A stretch of 44,844 nucleotides of DNA, counting the filler, from Jimgerdemannia flammicorona (lineage: Eukaryota): the NCBI GenBank assembly GCA_003990765.1. It is 2 parts of 2 records of this genome, joined end to end, with 100 filler letters (N's around TTAATTAATTAA, not from the genome) between each part and the next. Parts side by side here need not be neighbours in the genome. Positions count along the whole stretch, not along the records: positions 22,478 to 44,844 come from RBNJ01001293.1; 1 more part is not named here. One strand, given 5' to 3'. The position numbers were made by a program, and so were the translations under genes. Of the stretch, positions 22,784 to 35,297 are shown in pieces. The notes under the pieces are model-generated. The model worked only from the letters and a program-made list of their open reading frames with translations, was not told the DNA's origin and made no database searches. Within the stretch, counting starts at the first letter, position 1. Each line of letters opens with the position of its first letter.

Positions 22784-24328
22784 TGTTGTTCGCCATTTCC
22801 TTATCACCTTTCTCCAATAAACGACTTGTGAGTGTGTTGTAAAGTGTGTGTAACGTGAATATTAGCTGAGAAAGGTGGGAGGGAATATCATTGGAACAAT
22901 TGTCCCCACAGGTGAGGTGGTGTGATATCTGAGCATCTTCCTTTCTGTATATGGATCTGTTTTGCCATATATGTGGTGGGAAAGAAAGGTGGCTATGTAG
23001 GGGGAGGCCCTTTGAGATTAGGAAGGTCACCACATCTCCCTAGCAGGTTGGGTGTTGATTTTGAATATCTACTGGTTCCCCAAGCTGTGGTATGTGGCCT
23101 ATCACTTAAACTTCCCAGCTTGGGTAGTGAAGAGACTGACAAAGCTGGCCAGAGATTGAATTTGGGCAGAGAGGAGGTCTCAGATCAGTTGGGATACTCT
23201 TGCAGTACTGGTGACTTGGGGAGGTTTAGGCCTTGTGGACTTTCCTAAGAGGCTGCACTGCCTATGAGCTTGGTGGCTGACAAGGGCTGCTGAACTGCAA
23301 GGGGGGGGTTAGGTACTGCTGATACAGAAGGTGTGGGAGATGAGATTCTCCCCTCAGGGGTCATTGGGAGATTTGCTATCTCTAGTGGGCCTGGATGGTA
23401 GCTGATGACTGCAGTATAAGGGCTTCTGGTAGAGGGTGGTGGATGGAGCACACCACATTGACCTGCACTGAAGGAGCAATGAGGGGGAGATGCTGTGGAG
23501 ACCAGCTATGTGGAGATGAGACAGACTGCTTCTGGAGGGCATTCTGCTTGCTGAGTTTGATATTGGTGATGGAGTAGAGTGCCAGTAGGGTCTTGGTCAG
23601 GATATTTGGCCAAGTAGTTGGCAGGCAGTGAGAATTGGTGAGGAGTGGGACTGGGCAGGAGTCTGGTCATGGAGTACTGAGGTGAGGAGATAGTTGTCTC
23701 CCAAGTTCTGAGTGATATGGTGGCAGATGCTACAGAGGAATGTAATGTTGAATTTCCATGCTGGTCATCTGGTGGATAGTGGCCAGTTAGACTATGAGGA
23801 GTATTATAATGTGGGGTAAGTTGGGAGTTTTGTGCAGACACCAGAACATTGGCTAGGAGAATGTGAGGTTCTGGGGGACTTTTGGATAGCAGTAGAGGAT
23901 CAGCTGGGTGTGGAAAGGAGGCCAGATGAAGAGCATGGGTGCTGAGAGAATTTGAAATCTCAGCTAGTGAGGGGTGTGGAAAATGAATAGCTCACTATAG
24001 GGTGGGTGTTAGCTATTTGGATAGGGCTGGCTAGGCACTGACTCTTTGTGTTTGAGATGGGGTAACAGTTAGGTCTGCAAGAGAAGTTGCTAAGATGGAA
24101 GGGGTTGATGGGTAATTTATTGACAGGATGGTGGGTGAGCTGGGGTCCCCAGGGTGGGCATCATCACTGTCTGGTAGATGGGATATGTGAATAGAGCAGT
24201 GGGTGGGTTGTGATGGTTAATGATCTCATGGTCTTTTTTTTATTTTATTTTATTTTTTTTTATAGTCACTCAGACTTCCTTCCTTTATTATGCCCATCTA
24301 TCCCATATAAATACATTGATCCCTCCTC

Positions 24329-27300
24329 CTACCTGATCCCCCTAGGAGGGCCCCCCCCCCCTACCCCTTCCTGATGGAAGACCACTTTGTCTAACACAAT
24401 CTCCACCCTCCCTCCACTCTGCTCACAGATCCTTACCACCAAACCACAATGTCACCTACCCTGAAGACTCCAACCCACCCACCATCCAGTCAACAGATCC
24501 CCCAACAGCTCCTCCTACCATAAAACCTTCTCCTGTAGCCTCATCTGCTGTCCCTCCTCAAATACAAAAAGCCAATGTCCTGCCAGTCCCACCCACACTA
24601 CCAACACCCACCCTACAGTGAGTTAGCTATCACCCACCCCACCTACTAGCCAAGATCTCAAATCCTCCCATCAGCCTCCCTCACCCTCTGACCTCCACTC
24701 TATATCCAGTCTATTCCCTATTTCTATCCAAAAGTCCCCCAAAACCTCACACTCCCTCAGCCAATGTTCCAGCATCTGCATAAGACCCCCAGCTTGCCCT
24801 ACATTACAATACTCCTCACAATTGAAACAGCCACTGTCTACTAGATGCCCAGTGTGAAAATTCAACATGATATTCCTCTGCAGCATTCACCACCATGCCA
24901 CTCAGAACTTGGGAGGAAGCCACCTCTGCACCTCAGCACTCTAAGACCAGATACCTGCTCAGTCCCACTCCTTACCGATCCCTGCTGCCTGCCAGCCATT
25001 TGGCCAAAGATCCTGGCCCAGACCCTGCTGACACTCCACTCTATCCCCAAAATTAAATGTATCAAGCAGAGCACCCCCCAGGGGCAGTCTATCCCATCAC
25101 CACATATCAGGCCCCCACACTACCTCTCCCTCATCGCCTTGCCAGTGTAGACCAATGTGGTGTGCTCCATCTACCACCCCCCACCAAAAGCCCTTAAACC
25201 ACAGTCACCGAGTCCCAATCAGCCCTACCAAAGAGAGCAGATCTCCAGAGAACCCTCGAGGGGAGGTTCCCATCTCCCACACCTTCTGCAGCAGTGGCAC
25301 CCAACCCCCTCCTTGCAGTTCAGCAGCTCTCTTCAACCACCAGGCTCGCAAGCAGTGTAACCTCTTAGGGAAATCCACAAGGCCAAGACCTCCCCTGACC
25401 ACCAGTGTTGCAAGAGTATCCCAACTTATCTGGGAACTCCTCCCTGCCCAAATCTAATCTCTAGCTATCTTCGTCAGCCTCTTCACCACCCAAGCTGGGA
25501 AGTCTAGGTGGTAAGCTATGTACTACAGCTTGGGGAACCAGTATACATTCAGAATTGACACCTGCCCTGCCAGAGAGATATGGCGGCCTCTCCAACCTCG
25601 AAGGGCCTCCCCCCAAATGGTCACCCTGCTCTCCCACCACACTTATGGCAAGACAGAACCATATACAGAAAGGAAGATATCCAGATACTGTACCGCCTCA
25701 CCAGTAGGGACAATTGTTCCAATGATGTCCCCATCCACTAGCCCATTTCTAAGCACCATTGTCTCATACTTATGCCAGTTGAGTTTCACCCCCGAGTGAG
25801 CCTCATACCATTTCACTGTCACCTTAAGTGCCTCGACATCTGCCACAGACCCAAGTCTGACCACCATGTCATCAGCAAAGGCCCCCACCTTCCACCCTAT
25901 ACCATATATAGAGAGCTCTGCCATCTTCTGGCGAATCCTATCCATCAATAGCTCTAATAAAAGGACATAGAGAATAGGGGACAGAGGCTCCCCCTGAGGA
26001 ACTCCTCTACCCAAGGAAAATGCCAAACCTCAGTAGCCATTACACATCAGTGCTGCCCGACTACTCTCTAGCAAATTCAATATAGAAGCCTGAAATCTTG
26101 GGGGGACACCTATTCAATCCAACACCATGCCCAGCCAAACCCGCCATACATGGTCATAGGCCTTCTCCTGGTCCAAAAAGACCAATCTTCCATCCAGTCC
26201 ACAAGCCCAGGCCCCTTCAATGACACCATGCACCCATGCAGTCCAATCCCTTATAAGTCTGCCCCCAACAAAGCTCTGCTGCTCCTCCCCCAGCACCTGT
26301 TGGGCAACTTTCTGCAGTCTTGTGACAATCACCTTAGTCACCATCTTCCTGTCCATATTCAGGAGCATGATAAGTCTCCAATTCTTCCAGTCTTCCCTCC
26401 TCCCCTTGTCTTTGTACAATAAGGCCACCAGCCCAAGGTCCTACTCTCCAACCCACTTATCACTCTGAAGAACATGGTCACAGAGAGCAGCCATCTCACC
26501 CAAAATGCCAGGGACTTTTACCATCTTCTTCCAGAAGTTCTACAGTAACTCATCCTCTCCTGGCACTGTTCCAAGCTTAGTCACTACAATGACACTCTGG
26601 ATCTCCTCTCCTTGCACTAGTAAGATCAAGTCACCCAGTCCAGCTACTTGCAGCAGCCCCCACTCCCCTAGTGTATCTGCAATCACCACCCCATCAGCAC
26701 CCCCTTCTCTCTCACTCCACAAACCCTGTCATCTCTCCTTCAAAACTCCTAAGATTCATTGTGTACCATGCACCATATCCCCATCAGCATCTAAGATCCC
26801 ATCCCACCAATGTCACACCCTCCTAGCTTTGAGGAGTCTCAATAAGTACCTAGAAGGCTGCTCACCCTCCTTAAGCCCCTGCCACCATAGCCTAGCAGCT
26901 ATTCCATGCATATGAGTCTCCTCTTCCTCTCTCAGCACCTGTTGCAGTTCCACTATCTCCAATTTCGCCTGCTCTATCCTCCAATCCTCCACCCCATCAG
27001 AAGTAAGCAAATCTGCCCAATCCATTTGCAGTCTCCTCAGCCTGTTGGAAGTATATCGCATGCACTCCCTCCTCCACCTCCCAGCATCTCTACCAGCTCC
27101 TCCCCAATAGATCCTTGCAGCCTCTTTCAATCTTATCCAATGGACACCCATAGACAAACCCTATAACAACCTTTGCCTGAATGTCCTCCACCCATGAGTT
27201 CCACAACTCCTTCTCAGCCAGCAGGAAGGAGTTAAGGCACTAATGTCTGGGTCCATCTCTACTCCCCCCAAACTGCCCCTGCCCCAACAGTCCCCAGTGA

Positions 27301-27977
27301 TCAGACCATGGGCACCACTCCACCTCCAATGTCTTCCAAAAATCTGAACCCCAACACTCTGCCATTAGAATCCAGTCAATCCTTGTACCTAAACCATTCA
27401 CCCAATGTGTGTAGACCCTGGTGTTGCCCCACCATGTTCTGCCCATATCCCTTAAGGAGCCCAACTTCTCCACCTCCTCCCATGCATCCAGACCTCCACT
27501 TCTCCCCCCTGTAATCCTCCCTCCATCAGTCCTGTCTAGACACTGATCCCAAACCATATTAAAGTCCCCACCAAGAATATCAACCCCTTCCTCCAAGAGA
27601 ATACCCTCCTCCAGCAGCTCCTCAATCCATGCAGTCCTCTCACCCCTAACTGCAGGGTAGTAGTAAGAGCCAACTCTCACTGACTCTCACCCTGGCCGCT
27701 GCCATTCTCCCCAGACTAAGCGATCACCCCAGCTCCTGATTCCCTCCAAGTCTCCTCTACCCTTCCTCACCAGAATTGCCACTTTTCCAAACCAAGCAGT
27801 AGCCCCACCCCATTCCTTAGTCCACTCCACCCGATCATCCTCATCCTCACACTGAATGTCCTGTAGTAAAAAGAGATCAGCCTCCAATCCCTTGAGCCAA
27901 GTAAAAATGTTCTTATGCCATCCAGATCCCCTCAACCCATTCACATTCAAAGAGAAAATGTTAGTTGTACTATTCAT
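24329..27977 (-). pseudogene. LINE ORF2 (APE endonuclease + reverse transcriptase + C-terminal zinc-binding region), ~1200 codons with stops and frameshifts
   Basis: MNSTTNIFSLNVNGLR..LLQD; ILGGDFN; YTH..TRIDWIL..PWSDH; KNWRLIMLLNMDRK; LDQEKAYDHV; GVPQGEPLSP; AFADDM; CFNC..EHWLREC. Confidence 0.92.
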
Positions 27978-28008
27978 TAGGAATAATGTTAAATAGCAAT
28001 TCCATCCT

Positions 28009-30036
28009 CTACAAGTCCATAATCTGCTCCTCCTGCACCAAGTCCAAGTCATGTTCAGCAGCTAGTTCCCTCTCCCCAGCTTCCCGTGCCTCCAACCCTC
28101 CCAGAAGTTCTACCATCATCCTATCTTCTCTCTCCTCAAAGTCCTCATGATACTCCAGACAGGCCTCTCTCCAGAGCTACAAACCATGACACTCAGCCCA
28201 ACAGTAGACTGTCCACTCACCTGCAACCACTACCAGCTCTGCCCTCCTCACCTCATCGACCTCATATCCCTCCTCCTCTAGGAAGATCACAAGAATCTCT
28301 ACCCTCAGCACCTCCACCATACCATCTCCATACAGAATCTGCTCCCAATGCTCCTCAGGCATTACCCCCAGGTCCACTTCTCCCAATGCCTCAGCCATGA
28401 GGTTATCCATCACCTTGCTTATCCACAGCAAGTACCCCACCTCCTTCCCTCCCAGAGTCCCTGGCCATCCTGCATCCAACATTGTGGTGTCAGCACCTAC
28501 ACTGGCAGTCTCATCTCACTCCTCCTCAGGGACATCCACCAGCTCATCCTCACCAGCCGCCACCACCTGGCCCCCTTTTATCACATCAGGGACCCCAAAG
28601 TGCACTCGCTGGGTCCTCTGCATCAGTATATCCTCTATTGTCCTTCTCTTCGCAGCCAGGCCCCTCCTGATAAGAGGGGGGGGGGTGGCATCCAATTCCT
28701 GCTCCCAGACCTCGAAAGTGCCATCAGTATAGGGGTCCTTGCTCAGCACCTTCCCAGCTCCTTCCTTGCCTGCCTCCACCTCCCCTACTCCTTTACTAGC
28801 CCAGACACTGGCTTCAACACCCCCAGACACCTCAGCCCCAACTGCCTTCTTCTTTGCCTCTACTGTCATACTTGCCAATAACTCCCTCTGCCTTCTGTAC
28901 CTCTGTGTCCATTCCCACTGCCTCTTGTCCATGCGGATACACTTCCCCTCCACAACCACTAGATGTGTTGTCTCCTCAAAGAGCTTCCAGGCCTTCGCCT
29001 ACCATTCCACCATACCACTCAACTCCTCCAGTGCTTCCAACAAGTCCTCCTCCTCCTCTTCACTCTCCTTCACCCTTGACACCCTACAGACAACAGCCCC
29101 CCACATCAGCACTGAAGGCCAGTCACTCATCTTTCCTGTGGCCTCCCTCCCTACCAGCCTAATCCTGACATCCACATCACCTGTCCTGATTGCTGTCCCC
29201 TCCCACACCCAGAATCCGATATCCACCATGTCTCCATACTCAGCCACCACCTCCTCTATCCTCCTCCTAGTCTCAACCTTCATCACCATAGGTACCCCTT
29301 TGACTAGCAGCTGTACCACCCTGGGGTCCTACCTAAGGCAGTGCACTATAGGGACCACCACCTCACCAACCACCACTCCAGTCTTCATTGCCTCATCCAG
29401 TAGGCCCACCTCCTCAAAGCCCACCTCCACCCCCTCCAACCCCTTCAGGAACTTCACTGAGGCTGCCCCAGCCACTTGCTGCAAGATAAGCCCCAGAACC
29501 ATCCTCGCCGTCATCGCCAAGCCCTGGAAGTACAAGGTAGCCATAAACTCCAAAACTGACTTCTTGAGTAATGGTGCCACCACCAGCCCCATCATACCAT
29601 CAGCCAGGTCCCCCTTCCGAATTGGTAGCCCCAGCCCCACTCCGCCATTAGCCATCGCATCTCTTTTTTTTTCCTGATTCCCTGTCACACCTCCATCAGC
29701 AGTCCCACCTCCAGCCACAACATCTTCAGGCTCTATGCTCATACCCCCAGTCTGAGAACCTCCCCCCCTCCCATGGCTCACCTTGTCCTTCCCCACAGTA
29801 GCACCAGCTCTGTCTCCAGCTGATCATCCACTCTCCTTCACCTTGTCCACAAAGCTTGAGGGGTCAGTTCTTCCCCCATTACCTCCTGACACCAGGTCTC
29901 CACCAGAGCCCTTGCCGCCATTTGAACCTTCAAAAGCCCCCATCCCCAGGCCATAACCCCTCCCCACATTCTGCCAGCTGAAAGCCCCAGCTCCCCCCAA
30001 CCTAGTATGCCTGTCAGAACTCTTGCTTGATGACAT
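28009..30036 (-). pseudogene. LINE ORF1 (Gly-rich N-terminus, RRM-like core, acidic tail), ~675 codons with stops
   Basis: Fragments MSSSKSSDRH.., VQLLVKGVP..VVAEYGDMVDI..IRTGDV.VRIRL (L1 ORF1 RRM-like) and ..EEQIMDL*, which ends ~30 nt before the ORF2 ATG. Confidence 0.75.
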
Positions 30037-30254
30037 ATTGATAGTACCTTTCCTCCTAGTTGTGTCAAAAAACCATTGCTTGAAGTTTTGTATAACATGA
30101 ATTGTACAGGAGAAAGGTGTTTTTTGAATCTTATGGTCTTTAATCATGAAGGAGTAGGGGGAGGAGAGCCCCCTAGGGGTATTGGATAGGAGTGGGCTCA
30201 ATGTATTTATATGGGATAGAATGGTGTATTAATAAAGAAAGGAGTCCAAGTAAC

Positions 30255-30288
<34 letters not shown>

Positions 30289-32988
30289 CACATATATACT
30301 ATTGGAGAAAACTTTTTCCTGGAAAAAGAACTTCTCAAGATCCTGCACCAGAATGAAGGAGTACTTTCTACAGACTTCAGAGATATCTATAATCAAGAAC
30401 TCAAGTACTATTATAAAGTTGATACTGGCAATACCAAGCCCATCTACCAGAAAGCCAGACCTATACTACCAGCCTACAGAGAATGGCTGTGAGCAGAACT
30501 CAAGAAAATAGAAGAAGCCAGAATCATCAAGCAAGCTATCAGTCTCTGGGCTTCACCTATTATCCTTGTCCCAAAGAAAGAAAGCAAGCCTGGAGAGTTT
30601 GCCCCAAGACTCTGTATTGACTACAGAAAGCTCAATACAATTACCAAGAAGGATAGGTAGCCCTTGCCAAATATTCAAGAAATCCTTACCACCCTTGAAA
30701 GTGAAGCCAAATACTACACCACCTTGGATCTGTTCTCAGGCTTCTATCAGATTGGTCTCACTCAAGATGCCAGTGAGAAATCAGCCTTCATCACATCTGA
30801 TACCATCTATATCTATCTGCAAATACTATTTAGATTGTGTAATACCCTAGCAAGTTTTCAGTGAATGATGAACAGAGTCTTCAGCAATGAGATTGGAAAA
30901 TGGCTCTTTGTCTATATTGATGATGTGATCATCTTCAGTAACACTGCATGGGAACATATCAACCATATACAGCTAGCTTTCAAGAAGCTCAAGAAGCATG
31001 GCCTCTATATCAAGCCCAAGAAGTATAAGTTTGTAGCTCAGGAAATCACCTACCTAGGACACCTCATCAACCAGACCAGAATCCACATAGACCCCATGAA
31101 GATTGAGGCTGTTGCAGTTTACCCAAGATCCAGAACAACTACAGAAGTCCATGTCTTTCTTGGACTGGCCCCCTACTATAGAGAATTTATCAAAGGATAC
31201 TCCAATATTACAATACCTATCTATGAGCTACTGAAGAAGGAAACCGAATTTGAATGGACCAAGAAATGCCAAGAAACCTTCAATGAACTCAAGATCAGGT
31301 TGACCCAAGTACCTATCCTCAGAAGACTAGATTGGACTCTAGAGTTTACCCTACAGATAGATGCAAGTACTATAGGACTTGAAGCAGTCCTGGCTCAGAA
31401 GAAAGATGGACATGAATATGTCATCTCCTATGCAAGCTGAGGTACCCATGGAGCAGAACAGAACTATGAGTTATGCAAGCTCAAATGCTTAGCAGTAGTT
31501 TGGGCAGTAGACAAGTTCTACTACTACCTAGCTGGGAAATACTTCACCATTCAAACAGACCATTCTGCTCTTGCCAAGCTATTCCACACTCTGAACCCCA
31601 AAGGAATATATGCCAGATGGATCTACAGACTGCAAGAGTATGACTGTACTGTCAAGCACTGCTCAGAAAAAACCAACACCAATGCTGATATACTCTCAAG
31701 AACACTCTGAAACACCCTCATCAAGACTATTCAACATGAATAAGAAGTTATAATATGGATTAATCAGCTATTTTGGGCAGTGGAAGATGCCCAACCACCT
31801 CAAACCCTAGACAATTACCATCATCAACCAGACTTAGAAATAGTTTGAACTAGACAACACCACACTCAGAAAAGAAGGAAAGCTTGTAATACCTGAACAC
31901 AAGAAGTATCAAGTAATGAAGGAAGTATATGAACAAGAATATCTAAGAGGAACCAACACATATGACAAGGCAAGAAGAACTATATAGTGGCTCAAGATGG
32001 AAGAAGACCTATACCAATTTGTCAAAGGGTGTGATAAGTGCCAAAAACAGAAACAAGATCAGCAAGATCAGGCACCCAGGTCATCAAGAATTGAGCCTAT
32101 CTCCTTCCACCATATTACAATGGATATCATTAGGCCACTACCAGTAATAATATCAGGAAACTACTATATTATAGTTATTGTAGACCTCTTTACCAAATGG
32201 ATAGAAACAGGAGTATTACAAGAAGCCAATACCCTCTCTATAGCTGACTTTCTGCACTGAGAAATTATCTGCTGCTATAAGACACTGAAGCAAATCACAA
32301 CAGACCATGATACAGAATTTGTCAATAGATTCTATTGAGATAATATATCAGAAATACAATATTCAGCACATCAAGACCACCACATACTACCCTCAAGGAA
32401 ATGGACAGATAGAGAGAACTAACAAGACCCTCAAGAACATCCTGGTGAAGATCTCAGAGATATATGAGAATTGGGATAACTACCTCCCAACTGCCCTCTC
32501 TGTCCTATAGGACATATGGTCACAGAGTACACACTTTATCCCAAGAGAACTGCTCTTTAGAGAAGAAGATTCTGATAGAACCTCAGCCACAAATCTAGAC
32601 CTAACTTGGAGATGGGTTGATGCAGAAATCTGGAGACTACACCAAATCAGAAAGAAGGCTGAAGATTACATTATCAAGTCACAAGTGCTGATAAGGAAGA
32701 ATGCAGAAAAGAATCACAAGACCCTAGAACTCATCTAAATTGGAGAAAAGGTCCTACTGTATCAAAATATAGTAGAGGCCTCATAGTTGCAAAAACTGGA
32801 GCCCAAATGAGAAGGATCCTTCTACATATAAGATATCAAAAGAACTACCTTCTGGCTTAGAAAAATCTCAGGGACCATACTGCTTACTATGGTACACAGA
32901 AACAGACTCAAGAAGTACCATGAACCTATACAAGAGAAGCAAAATGTGATGACTGCCTGCAAGGTTCTAGTTCATGAATCATAACAGC

Positions 32989-34358
32989 ATGTCCTGTGAC
33001 CAGCAGGCTATCTGTCTGGACCATTCTCTAAGGGATATGGTACCAGCAACTACTCATCTATGAGACTTTCAAAGCCAGAGGAGTTCGAACTGTCAACTGA
33101 TTGATCAAGATCAGAATCAGGCTCTTGCTCTATATAAAGAAAGCAACCCTTCACCATCATGCCATAATACATAGGGAAGATGCCAGCCCATAAATACCAC
33201 TTTTTGACCCCTTATCAGAGGTTATGGGATCAGCAAATTTTTCAGAACTGGACCAATGAATAAGGATATTCAAGAAGATTCTTATTTAGGAGAAAGATTT
33301 AATAGTGATCTCAGAATGATGACATCAGTATAAGAGACAGCCTTTTCCTACAAGCCACCAGATTGGAGCACAAGAAGATCATATGGCATACAAGATGATC
33401 AATGATGACCAACTGTGAGTCATTGTGACCACAGTTCAGGTATCTTGAGAAATATAAAAGAAGGATCAAGGAACTATAGTAGCAGCAACCAATAAGACCC
33501 ACCAATTCCAAAATAGCTTAAAGACTTATCACAAATGAAATGCCTGCTGCTTATCAAATCTCAAGGTCAAGAAACCACCAAGACACCTCAGTTGAAGAAA
33601 GAATGTTCCAAGATATCAGAAGAGCCATGAGGACCTGCACAAGAAAGACTCCTAGTATCAACCTGGGTACTGCAGATCCTTATCACTTCATCCTCTACTG
33701 TTGTGAAATGGATACAAGGATCACTATTACTATTGAATACCTCCAAATATGACAGGAGTACAAAATAGAAAACCTCCTCTGCCAGGAGTTCCCACAGGCC
33801 AGTCCTCAAGAGTTACAAGATGCTACTCCTATAGATATATGTGAAGCAAGAATAGCTAAGAAGATCCATCAAATCTTCAGGCATGCACTATAGTCAATCC
33901 CCAACTTAGAGTATGTTAGAGTCTCAGACTTCAGAGATCTATCAGCCTGCTATATCAATGCACTAGAAGCCAGGGTGGCTACAGAAGCCCAGTCCACTCT
34001 CACCCTCAATAGTGATGAAGTAGAAGACTTCTGGCATCCCATCCTCTAGGACAACCCAGATCAATTCCTGCAAGGATTGATCTCAGTATTCCAAGGCCCA
34101 AGTATCCAGGTTAGACCTCCCTAAGACTCCACATTTGTTCTCTATTTTATGGAAGAGAACCTCATAGATTGGAGAGCCCCCAATTTCCCCACTGAACATG
34201 ATGATGTCATCAGCAATGACATCATCTCATGTGACATATGTGAAATATGCAACCTATATGATGAGATGGATGAGATGTTCATGGATCTTATCTCCTTTGA
34301 AGACATCCTGACCTCTGATGAAGATGAAGTCTCTATAGTCTTGAATATTCTGCTCTAA
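32989..34358 (+). pseudogene. Decayed accessory ORF downstream of integrase in Ty3 element 2, unknown function
   Basis: Track ORFs 33540-33752 and 34149-34358 share one frame. The sequence between and upstream reads as protein-like text broken by isolated TGA/TAG/TAA codons. The candidate ATG at 32989 is in another frame, implying a frameshift. Confidence 0.55.
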
Positions 34359-34648
34359 GTCTCTTGGTTATACTGAATTATATCAGTACTCTTTTCTTGT
34401 ATACAGCTATTCCTCTACTGGCATTCTGATGTGACTCAGAATTATTCCAGCACTATTTTCCTGTATCACCAAAATTATACCAGCATCCTGAACCTGTGCA
34501 ACCATCAGTGCTGACCCTGGAACTTAGCAGCTTTCCATGTCCTGGTATTTTATTTTAGTTATTGGAATTTATATTTAGCTTTATATCTTAGCAACCATTG
34601 AATTATATTTTGTATAAATACCCCTCTTATTTCCTCTAAAATAAAGTC

Positions 34649-35297
34649 AGTTCCTCTCAGTACAATACATACAATTTCTTACAAGCAATCTAAGAGATAA
34701 TAAGACAGTTTAAAGATAAGAAGTTTGAGGACTATAAGATCTTGAGAAGGCACTCCAATAAGAACTTACTTATAACAAACTTGAGTTAGTCTAAGAGATA
34801 CACCTTGAAGAGAATTTGATATATTTAAAGAACTCACTGCCTACTACATGACAATATGTATAATATAGTCCCCTTAGTTTTAGTTTACTTATACTCAATT
34901 CCATACAAACAATCTAAGAGATAACAAGACAGTTTAAAGATAAGAAGTTTGAGGACTATAAGACCTTGGGAAGGCACTCTAATAAGAACTTATTTATAAC
35001 AAACTTGTAGTTAGTCTAAGAGATACACCTTGAAGAGAATCTGATGTATTTGAAGGACTCAGTGTCTACTACATGATAATATGTATAATATAGTTCCTCT
35101 TAGTGCAATATATACAATTCCTTGCAAGCAATCTAAAGAGATAACAAGACAGTTTAAAGATAAAAAGTTTGAGAACTATAAGACCTTGGGAAGGCACTCC
35201 AATAAGAACTTACTTATAACAAACTTGAGTTAATCTAAGAGATACACCTTGAAGAGAATCTAATGTATTTGAAGGACTCAGTGACTACTACATAACA
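34649..35297 (+). repeat. Three tandem ~220-bp copies of the distal LTR region
   Basis: Units start agtt/cc(c/t)ct.ag at ~34649, ~34867 and ~35092. Each contains caatctaagagataa.aagacagtttaaagat..gagatacaccttgaagagaat..ctactacat.a.a. Confidence 0.93.

Larger units (their letters stand above)
24237..30127 (-). mobile_element. Full-length L1/Tx1-clade-like non-LTR retrotransposon (copy B), ~5.9 kb, decayed
   Basis: Poly-A tail read as the T-tract at ~24234-24261. 14-bp TSD atct(c/t)atggtcttt at 24223-24236 and 30128-30141. Two ORFs: ORF1, and ORF2 with APE endonuclease, RT and a C-terminal Cys/His motif. Confidence 0.93.
22874..30286 (+). mobile_element. LINE copy A (3' part of ORF2, 3' UTR and poly-A), interrupted by copy B; pieces at 22874-24236 and 30128-30286
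   Basis: 22874-24230 is the inverted homolog of ~24400-25740. It resumes at 30128, ends ORF2 with PPRGIG* (~30189), then aataaa (30231) and an A-tail (30257-30286). Confidence 0.88.
30300..35297 (+). mobile_element. Ty3/gypsy element 2 (pol RT-RH-IN ~30320-32983, no chromodomain, extra 3' ORF, 3' LTR region); 5' part displaced by the LINE insertion
   Basis: WASPIILVPKK..RLCIDYRKLN; LDLFSGFYQI; VYIDDVIIFS; YLGH; QIDAST; TDHSAL; CDKC; TMDII..TTDHDTEF..PQGNGQIERTN; LEPK*EGSF (GPY/F module). TATA at ~34613 and aataaa at ~34640. Confidence 0.92.

Noticed and set aside
22422..23033. 203-aa RT-containing ORF in the track
   Set aside because: A chimera of antisense copy A, filler, the RT fragment and the N/linker gap. 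Only 22478-22783 is real RT.
28739..29677. 312-aa Ser/Thr/Pro-rich + strand ORF resembling a mucin or adhesin
   Set aside because: Antisense shadow of the G-rich LINE ORF1. A C-rich strand lacks stops and encodes S/T/P by composition.
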